This document shows, one piece after another, positions 49,642 through 64,000 of a DNA stretch of 64,000 bases (its first letter is position 1; every line of letters begins with the position of its first letter). The DNA comes from Paecilomyces variotii (taxonomy: Eukaryota). Position numbers and translations under genes: made by a program. The stretch is taken from NCBI GenBank assembly GCA_004022145.1, contig RCNU01000018.1, one strand, 5' to 3'. The notes beneath the pieces were generated by a model, which was given only the letters and a program-made list of their open reading frames with translations, had not been told where the DNA came from and searched no databases.

Positions 49642-52600
49642 CTAGCCTTGCAGACCCATAAACACCTCCTGACAGTTTTCGACCAAGAACTTGAGGGCCT
49701 CGTTCTTCTTCTGAACATCGGTCATCTCACGCGCCAGACTTTCCGGCCTCATGATCGTGGGTGCGAACACTACAGCTATGTTCTGGCTGGTCATCAGATT
49801 CTCCGGCTCGCGCTCAACAACCCGTTTCAGATGGAACATCAGAAACTCAAGCACATCCCTGTGGACGCGCGGAAGTTTCTGGAGGCATTTCTGTAAAGCT
49901 TCAATGCGAGCAGATGCTGGCTCGATTTCGTTCGTCTCCAAGAACTCATCGTAGACATCATACGTGATAAGAGGCGTGGGCAGTTTCCGGAAGTATTGCT
50001 TAAGAGCAGAGGTGACGGCGTGTATATCTAGGTCCGGGTCCGAGATATCATAGTCAAGTGGGGAACGCTCAAATCCATCCCGGATCATCTGGGTAATTGA
50101 GCTGGCACCCGATTTACGGTAAATGCCCTCCATGTCCATACCTGAAAACGAAGACGGGTTAGTTTCTCTAGGAAATGTCTGAATTGTGGAAAGCCTACCT
50201 CGCAGCTCAACTTCCTGGATGCAGCGGGTCACAATGGCAGGAATGATACTCTTTTCCTGCTCCAAACGCTGCTCGAGGTCGACTCCAAACAGGCCTAGGG
50301 GTCAAGTTAGCATGTGATACTCAGTCAAATATACGTGTGTTGAAAACATACCAGTTCCAGCGGGCTCAGTCGGTCCATTAAGTTGGGTCTTGGGCGTAAC
50401 CTGCTTGTTCTTCTGGTTCCCGAAGAAACCAAAGCCCTGACGGCTTGGGTCCTGCGTCTGAGAGCGTGGCAATGCAGAAACGGTCTCTTGAGCCGGTGCA
50501 GTTGAACTGTATGCTACAACATCCGGCTTGGGCTCGCTAGAGGAGAAAGCGCCCTTGAGGCCCTTGGTGACACCCTTGGCGACATTCTGGCCCCCCTTCT
50601 TCCAGTTGAATTTACGGGGCTGTCCCTTGCGAATACTGACGACCTGAGGACCAGGAACGATGGTTGCAGCATCAGCCTCTTCTTGGTGGATGTTCGTCGT
50701 CGAGATGGACGTAGATAAATCATTTGTTGAGGTCTTTAGTGCCTCGACAGCTGTAAGAGACTTTCCCTTTGAATGGGAATAGATTCCAAGGCCGTTGCCA
50801 TGGTGGTTCTCCGTGGCGGTATTGGCTTTGTACAACTCTTGAATTTGAGATACAAGCTGGTTGTTCAATTCTGCCAACTGGGCGTTCTTTGACGACAGCT
50901 GTTCGAACTCTTTAAAACTCTTGTCCTTCATACGTGACAAGTCCGAAAGTTCCTCCAGCGTTTGGTTGCGTTTCTGGATCATCTCTTCAATCTGCGGTGT
51001 GAAAGAGTCTTTGAGCTGTTGGATTGCTTCGACAAACTCACGGAGGACGTTGCTTGTGAGCTTGCCGACATCCAAACCTCCGCCACCGCCATGCTTCTCT
51101 GCTTCAAGGTGATCCGTAAGGACCTTTAGTTCTCGGAGGACGATTTCCTTCTGCGCATCAAGGACAACCATAGTAGAACGTTTCTCGTTGAGCTCTGTAT
51201 TGACCTTGTTGACATCAGCAGTGGCTTTAAGAGCGCCTTCAAGCTCCGCAATCTTCTGATCTCTTTCTAGTACTCTCTGGCGCTCCCGCTGTAATTCATG
51301 CCTCAGTTGGATTATTTCATCGCGAGGATCTGGAGAGCTGGCTATAGGACTGCTGTTGTCGAACGCAGACCCATTTGCAGGCGACCTGGGCCATTTAGAG
51401 TCCTTCGACAGACGCGAACCCTTCTCACTGAAGCTTCGACCGTGGCGGACGGAGTTAGACACCCGACGCAAAAAGGATTCACTGTGTATGTCCTCGTCTG
51501 TACCCAGGATGCGAGCCATGTCCTCGTCCATAGAAAACTCTCCCCCGCCGCTATAGTGAAGTAATGACGGAGAGGCCCCAAGGTCTGCCGGGCGTTGGGG
51601 ATCAGACTGCGCCGACTCATTGCGACCATGCTGGGGGCGGTTCTCAGGGGAAGTTGGAACACCGCGCAACAGCGAACTAGTCTCTTTAGACATCTCTCCA
51701 GCAAGTCTAAAAGCGGAAGATTCCAAAGACTGCCTGGGCTCCCTCCCAATCCCAACCCTAGAGAGTGAAGTGGCGTCGAGGGACGAGGATGGAGATTCAC
51801 TGCCAACCTCACCCTGGCCAGCCGGCGCCTTTACTGATGATGGAGAGCCCACTCCTTTGCGCTGAATCTGGTGCGTTTTGTTCTCGAGCGAGTCTCCTCG
51901 TTTGGGAGGATACTGCATACCTTGAGCAGGGTGCCTAAATGACCGAGCGGATTCGCTTGACGCATGCTCGTGGAGCCTGCGAAGTTCATGCGAGGGCCTT
52001 GGAGAGGCTGCCTCTCCACCTGAGCTGGCCGGCCTTGGGACAAACGCCTCAGATCGAAGGATGTCTCTGCTGAGATAGTCTGAACGATCAAGGTTCGGCA
52101 CGGTGTTGGAGGTCGACATGCCTTCCCTAGTGAAGGCAAGAAGATCTGATTTGGAACTGTGAGCTGAGCCAGGGCGTCTGCCTTTTGGCGCGTCTTGCAG
52201 TTTGAATGTTTCACCGCCTTCATTGTTATTCTGTGAGGCGCTGCGCGTAGAAGTGTCTTGGTGTGTGCCAGCAAACTCTTCCTGTCGCCAACGCGTCGGA
52301 TCAATGTTAGATGGTTCACGGCCCCTCTCCTGGTATGCAATATGTGGCGAGGAGCCGTGCGAAGGAGGCTCATAGGCCTTTCCTTGCAGAAACTCCTGTC
52401 TATCCTCGGCATCCTTATGGGAGGATCCATTTTGCGCCGTTTGAAAGTAACCATCCTGGTGAGACTGGGATGGACGCTCCTCTGGGGTGGGATCAAAGGC
52501 AACTGGTATCAAGAATTCCTCTCCAGCATCCGGTTCTGGTTCTGACTTCCGCGACAGGAGCGAGTGACGATTGGGAGCACGATATGTGCTTGAAGGCAGC

Positions 52601-53423
52601 AAAAGGTCCTCTGGATCATCTGAAATTAGCACATGTCTCATGCTCTTAATCTATGGAATCTCACCTTGATCATTAGCTTCGCGGCGTTGCGATCCTTCTG
52701 ATATGCCGCCCTCTTGAACTGCAGCATGATCTGCCGGTCTATCTCTGGACGTCTCAGCAGACGTAGTTGCATAAACCTCGTCGCGAGGTTTAGAAGTGTC
52801 TCTCTGTTCGTCACGAGGTGGGATCGCCGGAAGGGATTTATCCAATTTTATCCCAGGAGGATTTCGCTTCGTCTGCTGAGTGGTGGTCTTCTTTTTACGT
52901 CGCCGTTGCATGAGTGACTCATGACAGTCCATGCAGAATATGCCCTGAGATGTGCGCGCATATCGCAAGTTCTCGATGCGTTTCTTGCAATTGCGGCATT
53001 TGAAGCAATTCGCACAGAAGGCTTGGTCGCCCGTCAGGATGGCGAGGTCTTCAATCTTGTTACCACATGAACTACAACTGTAGGTACAGTTGTTGCAAAT
53101 CAGGGATCCATCTCCCAGCAAAAGAAGGTGTGCGTCGGAATCGAGAAGGGTGCCACATGTGTTACAGCGGAAACAGTCAATATGCCATCTATTTCCAGCT
53201 TCGGGGATTGTCAGTTGCTTGAACATAACGTCAAGAGGGAGGCTCTACTCACCTAACTCAAAAGCCTTGCCTTCCTCGAGAATCTGCAAAGACAATGTCA
53301 GTCACGTTTGCGGTAGAGGGTCGATCTTCTCCCAAACAATCATACCTCTCCACATCCTTTACATGGGAAGGGGACATCCTCCTGATCCATAGGAGATTCA
53401 GGGTAACCGGCCGGTGACTCCAT
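49642..53423 (-). CDS. rga1: LIM-domain Rho GTPase-activating protein (Rga1-like), multi-exon
   Basis: MESPAGYPESPMDQEDVPFPCKGCGE|ILEEGKAFEL|AGNRWHIDCFRC... gives two LIM domains. A central coiled coil follows, then RhoGAP (GMDMEGIYRKSG, LKQYFRKLP.PL, NLMTSQNIAVVFAPTI). Confidence 0.93.
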
Positions 53424-56400
53424 CTTTGGCTGTTCTGCCCTGTCTTCTGTTTTGTCTGTGTCCTGACAAGTGTTCGTTTCCTTCTTGGTGCTTGATCACG
53501 TTCCTAGGCACGCCTTAGGAGACGCGGCTACTGGGGTCACGTTTATGAGGAACCGGTTCCAGGAAGCATTCGAGATACTAGCAACCGGAAGCGAAGGCAG
53601 GGAGGAAGACCGCAAGTTTGTCGAAGACAAGCGTTCGTACGAGGGCAGGTTCCGGAGTGCTGAGCTAGAGGCGCGCAATGTCGAGTGAAGGGAGACCCGC
53701 CAACAACACCGGTAAAGATACAGACAGTGCGATTGGCACCGGGAGAGGGGTCCTGCGGCCAGGTGCTTTATGCGATGTGATCATGAAACCTAAGAAACAG
53801 AGAGAGAGGTCAGGTTCGTACCAACAAGAAAAAATTGCAAGCCGATAGGTGAACCAGTTCACGTCCGGACTCTGGGAGATGTGAGAACGTGACAAGACCC
53901 CTCTGGAGCGTCCCGCGGGTCTCTCAACCACAGACCATGGACCGGGGGACGTGCTACTGAAGAGCGATGACACTGGCAGGGACACAGTATGCAGAAAGGA
54001 CCGGGGATGTCCTTACAATCGACATAAAGGGAAGATGTTTCGGGGAACCCAAGGGAGCGGCGCGCGGTGGTTCGGCTTCTGGTCCCTCGATGCGACACCA
54101 GAAGGTGCAGGTCCGGTATGTTTCGAGCCTCACACCACAGCGCTTCCGGATCCAAGGGAAGCTTTGCAAGGTGAGGATCGTCCTGTATCGGAGATCGCAG
54201 AGGGATGGCAAGCAGGTTGCTCGTGTCTGGAGCGATATCGTGTGGGGGAGGGAGGAACGGGGAAAGGAGACAAGAAGGATGATGAATTGGCAACAGTCGG
54301 CCACGAACCAGCGGTTGAGTCTGGACTCTCACCCCGGTCAAGAGCAGAGCACCCAACCCGACAAGCAGAGGGCGTCGCAAGCCACCACGAGCCGCAACGA
54401 GGGGGAATTGACCGCCAGAGCAGGAGGTTCTGATTCGCACTTACAGAAAAGGACTTTCTGTTGTAGAGAGTACACCACTTTGTTGCTAACAGTGGAGCGG
54501 TTTCAAGGTTGGACAACGAACGTGCTGCCGGCCCACTTGCGTACCACCAGAGACGCTCAGACCGCAGTCTCTCTTCTCCTCTCAGTGTTGTTATGTTGTT
54601 GAAACTAGATCGTTAAGGAGAGGCGGAAAAAGGGATTATCACCGGCCAGATGAAAAAGGCCCTGTTGGCGACAACACCGCAGCCTTCCGCCGACCTAAGA
54701 ATATTTAGAAATGGATAACTATGCGCCCGCCGACAGTTGGTCTCTCTGTAATGCCAGGGGCCGGCTGGTCAAAGCGCGCGTGCTGTCTAGCTAGCTGCTA
54801 ACGAGAGCTGGTCTGAGTTGAGTGGAATGCGGTCCTCTCAGTCGTTGGCGTGCGCAATAATAGGCAGCGGTAGGGGATGCACCGGCGTCAGACTATGGGC
54901 CCGTCGCTGGCGCGGAGATCACAGGAGTATCTGACCACCCGTGCCTGGACCAGAGGCCAATAATAATAATAATGACAGCCAGAGCGTCTCTGAGTCTGAG
55001 ATAAAGCTGGATTGCTTTTATTATTGTCTTGTCTTGCTTTGCTTCCACAGCGTCCGCAACGGAAACGCGGAAGTGACGGCAGACTGGTCTGTAATAAAGA
55101 CCAAAGCAGGAGAGAAGTAAAGAAGAAAAGAAAAAAAAGAGATAGTGCTCGATTCCAGAGAAGGATTCACTATTGATTTTCCCCCGGCTTCTGGGGACAA
55201 GTAGTCGAAGGAACAGGAATGTCGTTAGGGAGAAGAAGACGGGACCTTCGCGATGGGCAGAATGTTGCGCCTTCAAGCCTCACGTGGGCGCCTCTGCAAC
55301 TTTCTTTTCTCTATGCCGACCGGTGGATGCTGGAATGAACCACAGCGACGATTGATATGAATGCCATTATTATTGTTCCGTTTCAGCTTCGAAGGTTAGG
55401 TTACTGGAATCCTCTCGATGGTCTTGACCCTTAGTGGACCCGAGCTCTGTTCTGTTCGTGGCGGTGGACCCGGAGGCGTCGTGGACAGAGACGTTAATTG
55501 TGTATTTCTCCTTGTTCACCTTTGAGACAACAGGCGGTCGACCGTGTCTTGGGCTGACCCTTTCCATGGGCGAATTTCCCGCGGAACCAATGAACAATCG
55601 GATTGGCGATGGACGAGAAATACTGATGTTCTTGAAGACATGGGAAGAGGCCAGCTGAGATAATACTACCCATGCTCAACCTTGAATCCTCAGGCCTAGT
55701 CTAGCTAGCTAGATGTTGCTGTTGACGCAGGAACCATCTTACGGCGCATCGCTACGTTGCATTATTCTCGTCGAGATCTCGCGACGCCAGGCGCAGCACT
55801 TGCAGCCCGTGGATCGCAGCGTTGGCCATTTGGGACCTGACCGAGGGCGCCTATGTGCCTCTAGTTCCAACCGTCGCATCATGCCCGAAACGGTAAGCTA
55901 AATGAAAGCGCGTTCAGCCCTCGCGGCTTCAGGGGGATCTGGCGCGACTCCAGACTCCATACGGAGTATTATACGCCATCGTGGATGCTTGCATGAGGGC
56001 ACGCTGGTGTCAATGACTATCGGCCACTAAAGAGCCGATGCAGGGACACAGAGACGAATCTACCAGGATCACTCACTCCCACCCTCGGCTCGATCATCCT
56101 CGTGCCCTTTTGCCATTCTGTCTTCACTCCGGCTTTCCTCTCTTCGAACAATCCGTGGATTCTAGCGCAAGGAACCTGAAACTATAATCACGTGTCACAA
56201 CATACTTTAACAGGCGACCCTTTCAATGGCGATCCCAATCCCACCTCGAATATGCATGTGGCAAGCTGAAGGGACGGCCCGGACGGTTACAGGGCGCTTT
56301 ATTGGGACACCAGGCTCTAGGTTGGCCGATTCGCGTTGCCGTACGAGTCGTGCTTCAGCTCCAGATCTGAGCTGGCATTGGAATCGGACATTGGAATCGG

Positions 56401-57280
56401 ATAGGGTAGTTAGCGTTGATAATATCGCTTGAGAGTCGCCAGGACTTGTATACTTGGTTGCATTCTCTCTTCGATGTTGTCTCCTCATACAACAACGCTA
56501 TCATCCTCGTCTGTGATGATATATACGCCCCTAGGTTCTATGTGTGTGTAATACAAGCAATGTGCCAAGTTACATAGTTTTCAGCGCTAGCCCCGGTTCG
56601 AATGGGTTATTGCCCGGAAGGGCTCTCTTGATAACCCTTACTTCTCGAGGGATCAGCATAAAAGAACATCTTAAAAGGGTCTCGTCTGTTTACGCTATTC
56701 TCGCTACGAGCAGGTAAAAGGTTCATTGCACATTATCCTCTTCCTTTCTTTTCAGTCCCTTTATGGTGAACGGAGGTTAATAATAGCTTGAACCGAAACC
56801 TAGTACATTCTACATTGCAAAAGCGAACTGGAAAATTGTTTGCTGCGAAAAGGTCACCTTATTATTTACTTCCGCGGTCACGAATGTAGTGTATATCCAA
56901 CTCTCCAGGCTCCCAGTTTACTGTATGCCCTTTCATATCGCTAGCTACCGGTGTCGATTTCCACACAAGAGGAAAACACAATAAGATAAAAAATGAAATC
57001 CACCGGAGTAAGTATGAAAAGTAACTACTGAGATGGCATACAAAAATAAAAAGCATGCATGTCATGGCCCCTCGGGAAAATCCCGGCTTGGCAAACGGAC
57101 CCGTCCATCTGAATAATGGCTTCGCATCCGAAGTTAACTACTGCTTTGTTTTCACCTTTCGCCGACCAACGCCGGGACCGTAAAGGTATCCACCATTACT
57201 ATTGTTCTTATTGATCGCATCAACTATCAAACTCGATTGTTATTATTAATATTATTATAAAAAAGCAACCCATCAAAAAC

Positions 57281-58078
57281 ATGGCCGGAAAAGCAAGCCC
57301 TGCGGTCCTGCGTGCTCTTGGCCGTTTCGCCTCTTGCGATGTAAGATTAATCAATCAAATCAATATCTCTCCTCCGTGTAGTATACGGAGAGGACGGGAA
57401 GAAAGGAAAACAGCTAACTTTTCCCCCTAGGTCGGCGACGCTCTTCTGCGTCTCAAGGTGCCCCATGGCGGATACCTCTCGGGCCTCAAGATGTATTCTC
57501 CCGAATACATGTCCGGCTCCAGCAAGATATTCGGACCAGCATACACCGTCCGCATGGTACATGCATCTGACAAAACGTCGCCTACACCACCTGGCCATTT
57601 CGCAGATTCCATCCCCTCCGGCAGTGTGGTTTTCATCTCGCAGCCCAAGGGGGTGATCAGCGCCTGTTGGGGCGGTCTGATGACTACTCGTGCCAAGTAT
57701 CTCGGGGCTTCAGGCGTGGTGATCGATGGCCGGTTCCGCGATATCAATGAGCATCGCGAGATGGGCATGGGTCTGTTTGCGAGGGGGGTTGGTGTTTTGG
57801 GATCGAATGGCTTTACGAGGTCTTCTGAATTGAACGTGCCAGTTGAGTATGAGATCGAGGAGTTGAGCGGGATAGAGGGCCAGGGAAAGGTAGTGGTTAG
57901 TGTTAATCCGGGAGATATTATTCTCGGTGACGCGGATGGAGTGGTGGCCATTCCGCCGGAGAAGGCGGAGGAGTGTTTGAAACTCTGTGAGGAGAGGTTT
58001 GAGATCGATGCAGAGACGAAGCGGTGTTTGGATAATGGAGAGCCTATGGGTCCGACTATCAAGAAGTTAAGGAAGTAG
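57281..58078 (+). CDS. RraA-like / HMG-CHA aldolase family protein (DlpA-type), 2 exons
   Basis: MAGKASPAVLRALGRFASCD|VGDALLRL..., GPAYTV, ACWGGLMTTRA...GVVIDGRFRD and PGDIILGDADGVV. Intron 57341-57430. Confidence 0.9.
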
Positions 58079-58825
58079 AAGAGTTAGAGCAGTTGAGGGT
58101 GTACCTAAGTGTGTATCGGACATTCTATTTCCCACTTGACATATCCTTTTTAAACCGATCAATTCCGGGGAAGCAGACTTTTGTGGACCTTGTCATATCG
58201 ATAGATCACTCGGACTTCAAACAGTTTGTCTTTTATTAGAGGGAGACTACTATTCTTAAGATACAATCGTCGAAAATGCGACTGGGGTCTTCTAGAAGCT
58301 TAATAAGAAGAGCGGTCGGGAAAATGTCAAAGTTCGGAAGCTAAATGTTTATATTCCCATCGTTGCAGCGAAATTTGTATGTACAATCATAGTCAGTGAC
58401 ACGATTATCGAATTCCATAACCCGTAGCTTCGATGCTAAATGACGATAGTATTCGTCTAAAACCTACTGAACTTCATCACGACTTTCTAATCAGAAAGAG
58501 AACTATGGCCCATATCAGATACATTGGTACCAACTATCGAATTTCACGTAGATTATGATTGAAATGTCCTATGCGTTCCTGGAATCATCTGTAAGATGCG
58601 ATTCTATCTAACTATGGATACTATATGTCTATGATCGTCCTCGATGCATTGTATATATGTATACTAGGTAGGACTGAACATTATTGTTGTGCAAAACGCC
58701 CATCACGCCGATTAACCCCATGATTAAAGTCAAGATATGGTTGGATATCAACAGTACGAACGGGAAAGAAACGTTCACCTCCACGAGGTCCCCCCTTCCA
58801 TTCTTCATTGTTTGATGCAGTCTCG

Positions 58826-61800
58826 TCATGTCTCCAGAGACTGGTGGATCACGCTCGTCCTGTAAGTCTCGCTGCGCTCGATCAGCTCGGTGTGTGTGCC
58901 CTGCTCCACGCAGCGACCTCCTTCGATGAGGAAGATCCGATCCGCGCGATGGATGGTGTTGAGACGGTGAGCGATGGCGACAATGGTGGTGTGCTGCGCA
59001 ATCATGGCCAATGCTTCTTGAATGCGCTTCTCAGACTCGACGTCTAGGGCACTGGTGGACTCATCGAGAAGAAGGAGTCTGGGCTTTCGAACAAGAGCTC
59101 GAGCGATTGACAGTCGCTGTCTTTGACCACCGGAGAATTGCTTTCCGTCTTGACTGCACACAGTCTGATACCCATTGGGAAGGGACATGATGACATCGTG
59201 GATATTGGATAGACGGCAGGCTTCTTCGATCTCTTCCTGAGTGGCCTCGTGGTCGGGACGAGCTCCCAGACCGATGTTGAAAGCAACGGTTCCTTCGAAC
59301 ATGACGTTCTCCTGTGGTACAAGGGCGATGTCATCTCTGAAAGAAGTGCCCGTCTGCTTGGTGATGTCGACCCCGTCGATGATGACTGCACCCGAAGATG
59401 GACGGTAGAAGCGTTCGATCATAGCGAAAGTTGTCGATTTTCCAGAACCACTAGGACCGACCAGAGCGCAGAATTTTCCAGCAGGAACCTCCAGAGTCAG
59501 GCCATCGAGGACCTTCTGGTCCGGTCGAGAGGCATATGTGAAATGGATGTTTTGGAGTCTTACACCGATGCCATTCATTGGAGGCAAACCGGGGGACTCA
59601 CTAAGGTACCCCTGGGGACGCGCTTCAACGTCTTTCACCTTCTCGTCCACCACATCCACGCCCCCCTGGGGCTTTATACCAAGCTCATCTTCCGCTGAGT
59701 GTGAAGTAAGGAGACCAACGATATTGCTGGTTGCCACTCGTGCCTTCGAGACGTCTGGCGCCAGTGCGAACATCTGCCCGCAGGACTGCGTACTGAAGAG
59801 CAAAGCCGGCAGCACAATGAAGAATTGAGTCTGCGAATACTTTCCCTCAGTGATCTGTCGAGATCCCCACCAGTAGGCGAGAGCATAAACGAGGTTACTG
59901 ATACTGAAAGCGAGCGAAAGCCACACATTGCTCCACGCAATAGCCTTCATTGTTGCTCTGTAGGGACCCTGCAGTGATCGACTGTATACCTGATACACCT
60001 CATTCTCTAAGGAGAACGCAGCAATTATCTTGATATTGTCGACCGCCTCAACAGTTATCGCGGTGGCATCGGCAAACGCCTTCTGATGCCGCTCCGCAAA
60101 CTGCGCTTGGACCCTCAGTCTCATAATACCAGCAGATAGAAGAACGGGGATAGTTGCCAACAGGACAACCGAAATCTTCCATGCAATAACGTGCGAGATG
60201 ACAATTCCGGCAACCAGGTTGACGGATGTGGAGAACAAAAGACCAATAGTCGTTCCCGTCAACCCACTAAGAGCAGCTGCATCGCTTGTGATATACGAGA
60301 TCAGGGTACCGGGCTTGCGGCCATCTGAACTGTGCCAGTGGAGTGTTTGCCGCAGCAGAGATCGTAGTGACAGGACGCGGACACGGTACAGAATTTTTTC
60401 GGCCGCCCAGCCAAATGCAGTACCGTTAATAATAATGGCAATGAATTCCACCATGGCCATCATAAAGAATAGACCTCCATAGAGGTTTCCGCTATGCCGA
60501 ATGCTGGGAGCTCCTTTGCAGGGGCTAAGACTGCCAACGGTGTGACCGAAAATTATAGCTTCACCGGAATAACTACCTCCAACCACACAAGATGTACCGA
60601 GTCCCACGAAGATATAGAGCAAGTTAGGACGGATGAGGGGGAAGATGGTCTTCATTGTAAACCACAGAGAGCGCTTTTCTTTGGGCTTTTTCTCTTCTTT
60701 TCCTCTTGAGGCCGGTGGCGAGCTTTCTGTGACAACAGCCTTCTCGTCTGCTGAGGTATCAGAACCAGAACCGGACTGGAGCACCAAGGCCTCCTTGTCC
60801 AGTGATGCCGCTTTGATGTGCTCCTCGCTAGGTTCTGATCGAGTGACCGAATCTACAGCTGGCACAGTATCTGCAACGGTGAGTTTTCCAAGGTTTTGCA
60901 GTCGCACCATGCCCGCATAGACGCCATCTTGAGCGACAAGCTCCTGATGTGTTCCCTGTTCGACAACTTGGCCCTTTTGCATGACAATGATATTATGAGC
61001 ATCCTTTGCGGTAGCCAGACGATGAGCAATTGACACTATCGTGACTCTATCCGATACTTTTGCCAGGGCAGACTGGATCAGTTGCTCACTGGTCGAGTCC
61101 AATGCAGCCGTAGCTTCATCCAAGAGAAGAAGACGCGGTTCGCGGACAAGCGCACGGGCAAGGGCGATTCGTTGCTTCTGTCCACCACTCATCTGGTTTC
61201 CTGCTGCACCGACATTTGTGGCAAATCCATGTGGAAGAGCCTCAATGAAAGTCAGCGCGTTTGCTGTGCGGGCGGCTTCTCTCGCAAGATTGACAATTTC
61301 AGAGACCGCGGGATCGAAGGAGGAAAGGGCTTCTCCTTCTGAGGAACCATCCCGGATCTTCTTTGCCAGGTCCGGAAGAGTGGAATCGAGGAGGAAAGGA
61401 GCCAGGTGTTGGTGCTGTTCTGCGGCAGAGCTGACAAGACCGTGTGCAATATTCTCCAGGATAGATCTATCGAGCAGTGAAGGTTCCTGCTGGACGAGAC
61501 CAATGTTCCCTCGTAGATATTTGACGTTCAATTCCTTGTAGTTGCGGCCGCCGATCACGATCTCTCCATCTGTAGGGTCATAGAATCGCTCTAGAAGAGA
61601 CACAACTGTCGATTTTCCACCTCCGGATGCTCCCACGATAGCGGTATGCTTGTTCGGAGGGATCTTGAAATTGACGCCCTGTAACACAGTGATCTCCGGA
61701 CGAGAAGGATAGGAGAATCGGACGTCTCTGAATTCGATATCCTCCGTCGCAAAGGATGCGGTTTTATCACCCTCAGAGGAGGTACCATCAATTGCCGATT

Positions 61801-62964
61801 GCCGGTCAATGGTCTCAAACAGTCGTTTCGACGCATCTGCAGCAGCAGCAAAAATATGCACGAAGGGCGCTACCTGACTGAGAATGAAGGAGGCATCGAG
61901 AAGAACGAATATAACGGTATAGACGGCTCCAACTGTTGTTCCCGACTCGTTCTTGGCTACAGCATCCGAAATCATCCTACTGCCCTGCCAGAAAGCGAGA
62001 GCATTGGACGAATATGCGATGAAATAGAGCAAGCCTAACTGCAGTGCATGCGTAAGGGCCTTCTTGACTGCGTCCTTGCGAGACTTGCTAAGGTGCGCAG
62101 CGAACAGGGCCTCGAGACGCTCATTGGCATTGAAGGCGTGCACCAGTGGCAGATGCGACAGACTGGACGATGCAATCGAAGTAGCTGCATTGACATGCTC
62201 TGCCATTCGTCCGGCATATTTCTTCATGTAATGGCCACCCAGGAATGCCATCAGGAAATAGCAGGGCACGACTGACACGAGCATACCGGCAATAGCTGCA
62301 ACCTTGATGAATGCAACGACATACGAGGCTGTGAAGTAAGAGAGGGTTGATATATAGATACCAACTTTCTCAGAAGTACCTGATTGGACTACCTCGATGT
62401 CCGCGACAAGGCGCGAGACGACATCTCCTGGGGGCAGAGAATCGATAAAGGCCGCCTCTTGCTTTAGCACACTGTCGAAGTATCGCTTCCGCAGACGCCT
62501 CACCAGGCGTTCTCCAACCAAGCTCCAGCATCCCGTGTGGAGGTAAATGAAGCCGAAATTTGCGATGGTGATGTAGATCACATACAACACCTTCGTGCGT
62601 ACGCTGTCAGTCAAGGCAGACTTGTTGGCTGTCGTTGCATCGCATGTGGCCGAGTTCATGTCATTGACCAGCTGTCCGAACAGGATACCCAGCAAAGGGA
62701 AAGGAATACCGGCTGCGATAGCAAAGATCAATCCGCCGATTACCAGGAAAATATCCAGAGGAGTCGGATCCGACGAAAAGAGCAAATGGAGATAAACGAA
62801 GGTTTTCCGGAGGTCCTGCTTCGTTGGAATATATCTCAAAGGCGACCACCACTTAACCAGCTGTTAGAGCAGGTAATGCGCGACAGGAATAATATTGGAC
62901 ATACCGGCTTTGGGCCACCTTGCACCCCATTGTTCTTCTCATCTTCTGGTGCTTGTTCTGACAT
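58826..62964 (-). CDS. Full-length ABCB (MDR/P-glycoprotein-type) transporter, 2 exons, 1364 aa
   Basis: TMD-NBD-TMD-NBD. Walker A GASGGGKST and GPSGSGKST, signatures MSGGQKQR and FSGGQRQR, Walker B LLLLDE. Exon 1 62964-62905 (MSEQAPEDEKNNGVQGGPKP) and a 44-nt intron 62904-62861. Confidence 0.95.
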
Positions 62965-64000
62965 CTTGTCGGCCTGTTTCTCCAGGACTTACACGGCCAT
63001 CAACCCCTCTTTGCGTCTAGGATAGATGAACACCGCTACCAGCTACCTCTGTCAATCGCAGGGAAAGCGAGGGAGCCCGTTGAAGACGCGAAATCGGGTT
63101 CCTGCAGCTTGGTGAGGGGTCTAATTCTCAGAGTTCTTTGTCCCACGGGGTCCGTCGCGTTTTCCAAAGAACCACCAGGGGCGACTCCAAGTCTCTAAGA
63201 GCGCCAGTCGAACGCCAAGAGAGCTGCGCCTGGTTAACGTAATAATAGGGATAACGATCAATTCATCTTCTGCGACTGCCGGAGCAGACAAGAAGAGTCA
63301 GTGGATTTCTTTTTTCCTCGTGGCAAAAGATCTGATAATCTCGCGAGACCGCCATCGGAGAGATCGTTCTCCGCCATGGACAACCCTCAGAGCTGCCAAG
63401 GGACAGTACGAGCAATTAGTCGACTCTAGTCTACTAGTGATGCGTCTGTGGAGCTGCTGCGTTGCCAGAAGAAAAGAAACCACAAGGAGCTGTCACCCCA
63501 CAGAGCTGTAGGCCAGATCTTTTCTTTTTTTTTTCTCCCCTTCCTTCGTTGCGGACACTGATTCCTGGCTAGTGGCTTGCATGGGCTCCATAGTGGTATC
63601 TCGGTATGTAACGAAAACACTACTTCGTCCTACTATTGAGGGAGCTGTCCAGAGACCGGCAACAGATCTTCAGCGTGACCTCTGTTAGAGCGGCATCAAA
63701 AGATGTGGAGTTATTAGTTTACCAAAGGGTGGCATCGCGCCCTCCACATCGGAGAAGATTCTTCAGACTCGGCCGCTAACAGGGCGTTAGACACGGTAGA
63801 GCGGCTCTAGAAAGTTATCCATCTCATCAGATAACTCTGTTCGCCTCTTTAGTGTCATTTAGTGTCTCCGCTTCGAGGTATGGTATTATCTGGCCCACTG
63901 CACGAAACGTCATGAGGTCTCTTGTTGGCATGCACCGGACGTATGTACCATACAATGTCTCGCACCGGTGATTCTTTCTGAGCTTCACGACGGAGTTAAG

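Noticed and set aside
53470-55700. Cluster of overlapping 100-210 aa ORFs upstream of the RhoGAP gene
   Set aside because: GC-rich leader/promoter DNA. The ORFs are Arg/Pro/Ser-rich with no motifs and no consistent splice model.

Overview
Eukaryotic DNA from a filamentous ascomycete. Short GT-AG introns with CTRAC/CTAAC branch sites, a dispersed 5S rRNA gene and the gene content point to an Aspergillus/Penicillium-type (Eurotiales) genome. About 23 protein-coding genes can be modelled by hand. Core-like genes lie at both ends (Med27, TMEM14, KatG, Ask1, LIM-RhoGAP, RraA-like aldolase, ABCB transporter), with accessory-looking stretches between them. The ORF track misses or only fragments the most interesting features: (1) a 4-exon gene for a 95-aa prepro, 8-Cys, gamma-core secreted peptide at 35625-36130; (2) an ~130 bp non-coding element present twice in inverted orientation (about 28562-28690 and 40620-40741), bracketing a 12 kb block that holds DUF4419, 5S rRNA, P450, GrpB, an orphan membrane protein, the Cys-rich peptide and a P450 pseudogene, with the right copy itself nested in a 351 bp inverted-repeat structure; (3) an intact 6-exon calmodulin paralogue in which all four EF-hand loops are non-canonical; (4) an HNH-domain gene whose expected catalytic His is a Pro. 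No transposase, tyrosine recombinase or CRISPR array was seen. All gene models and alignments were done by eye and no database searches were run.
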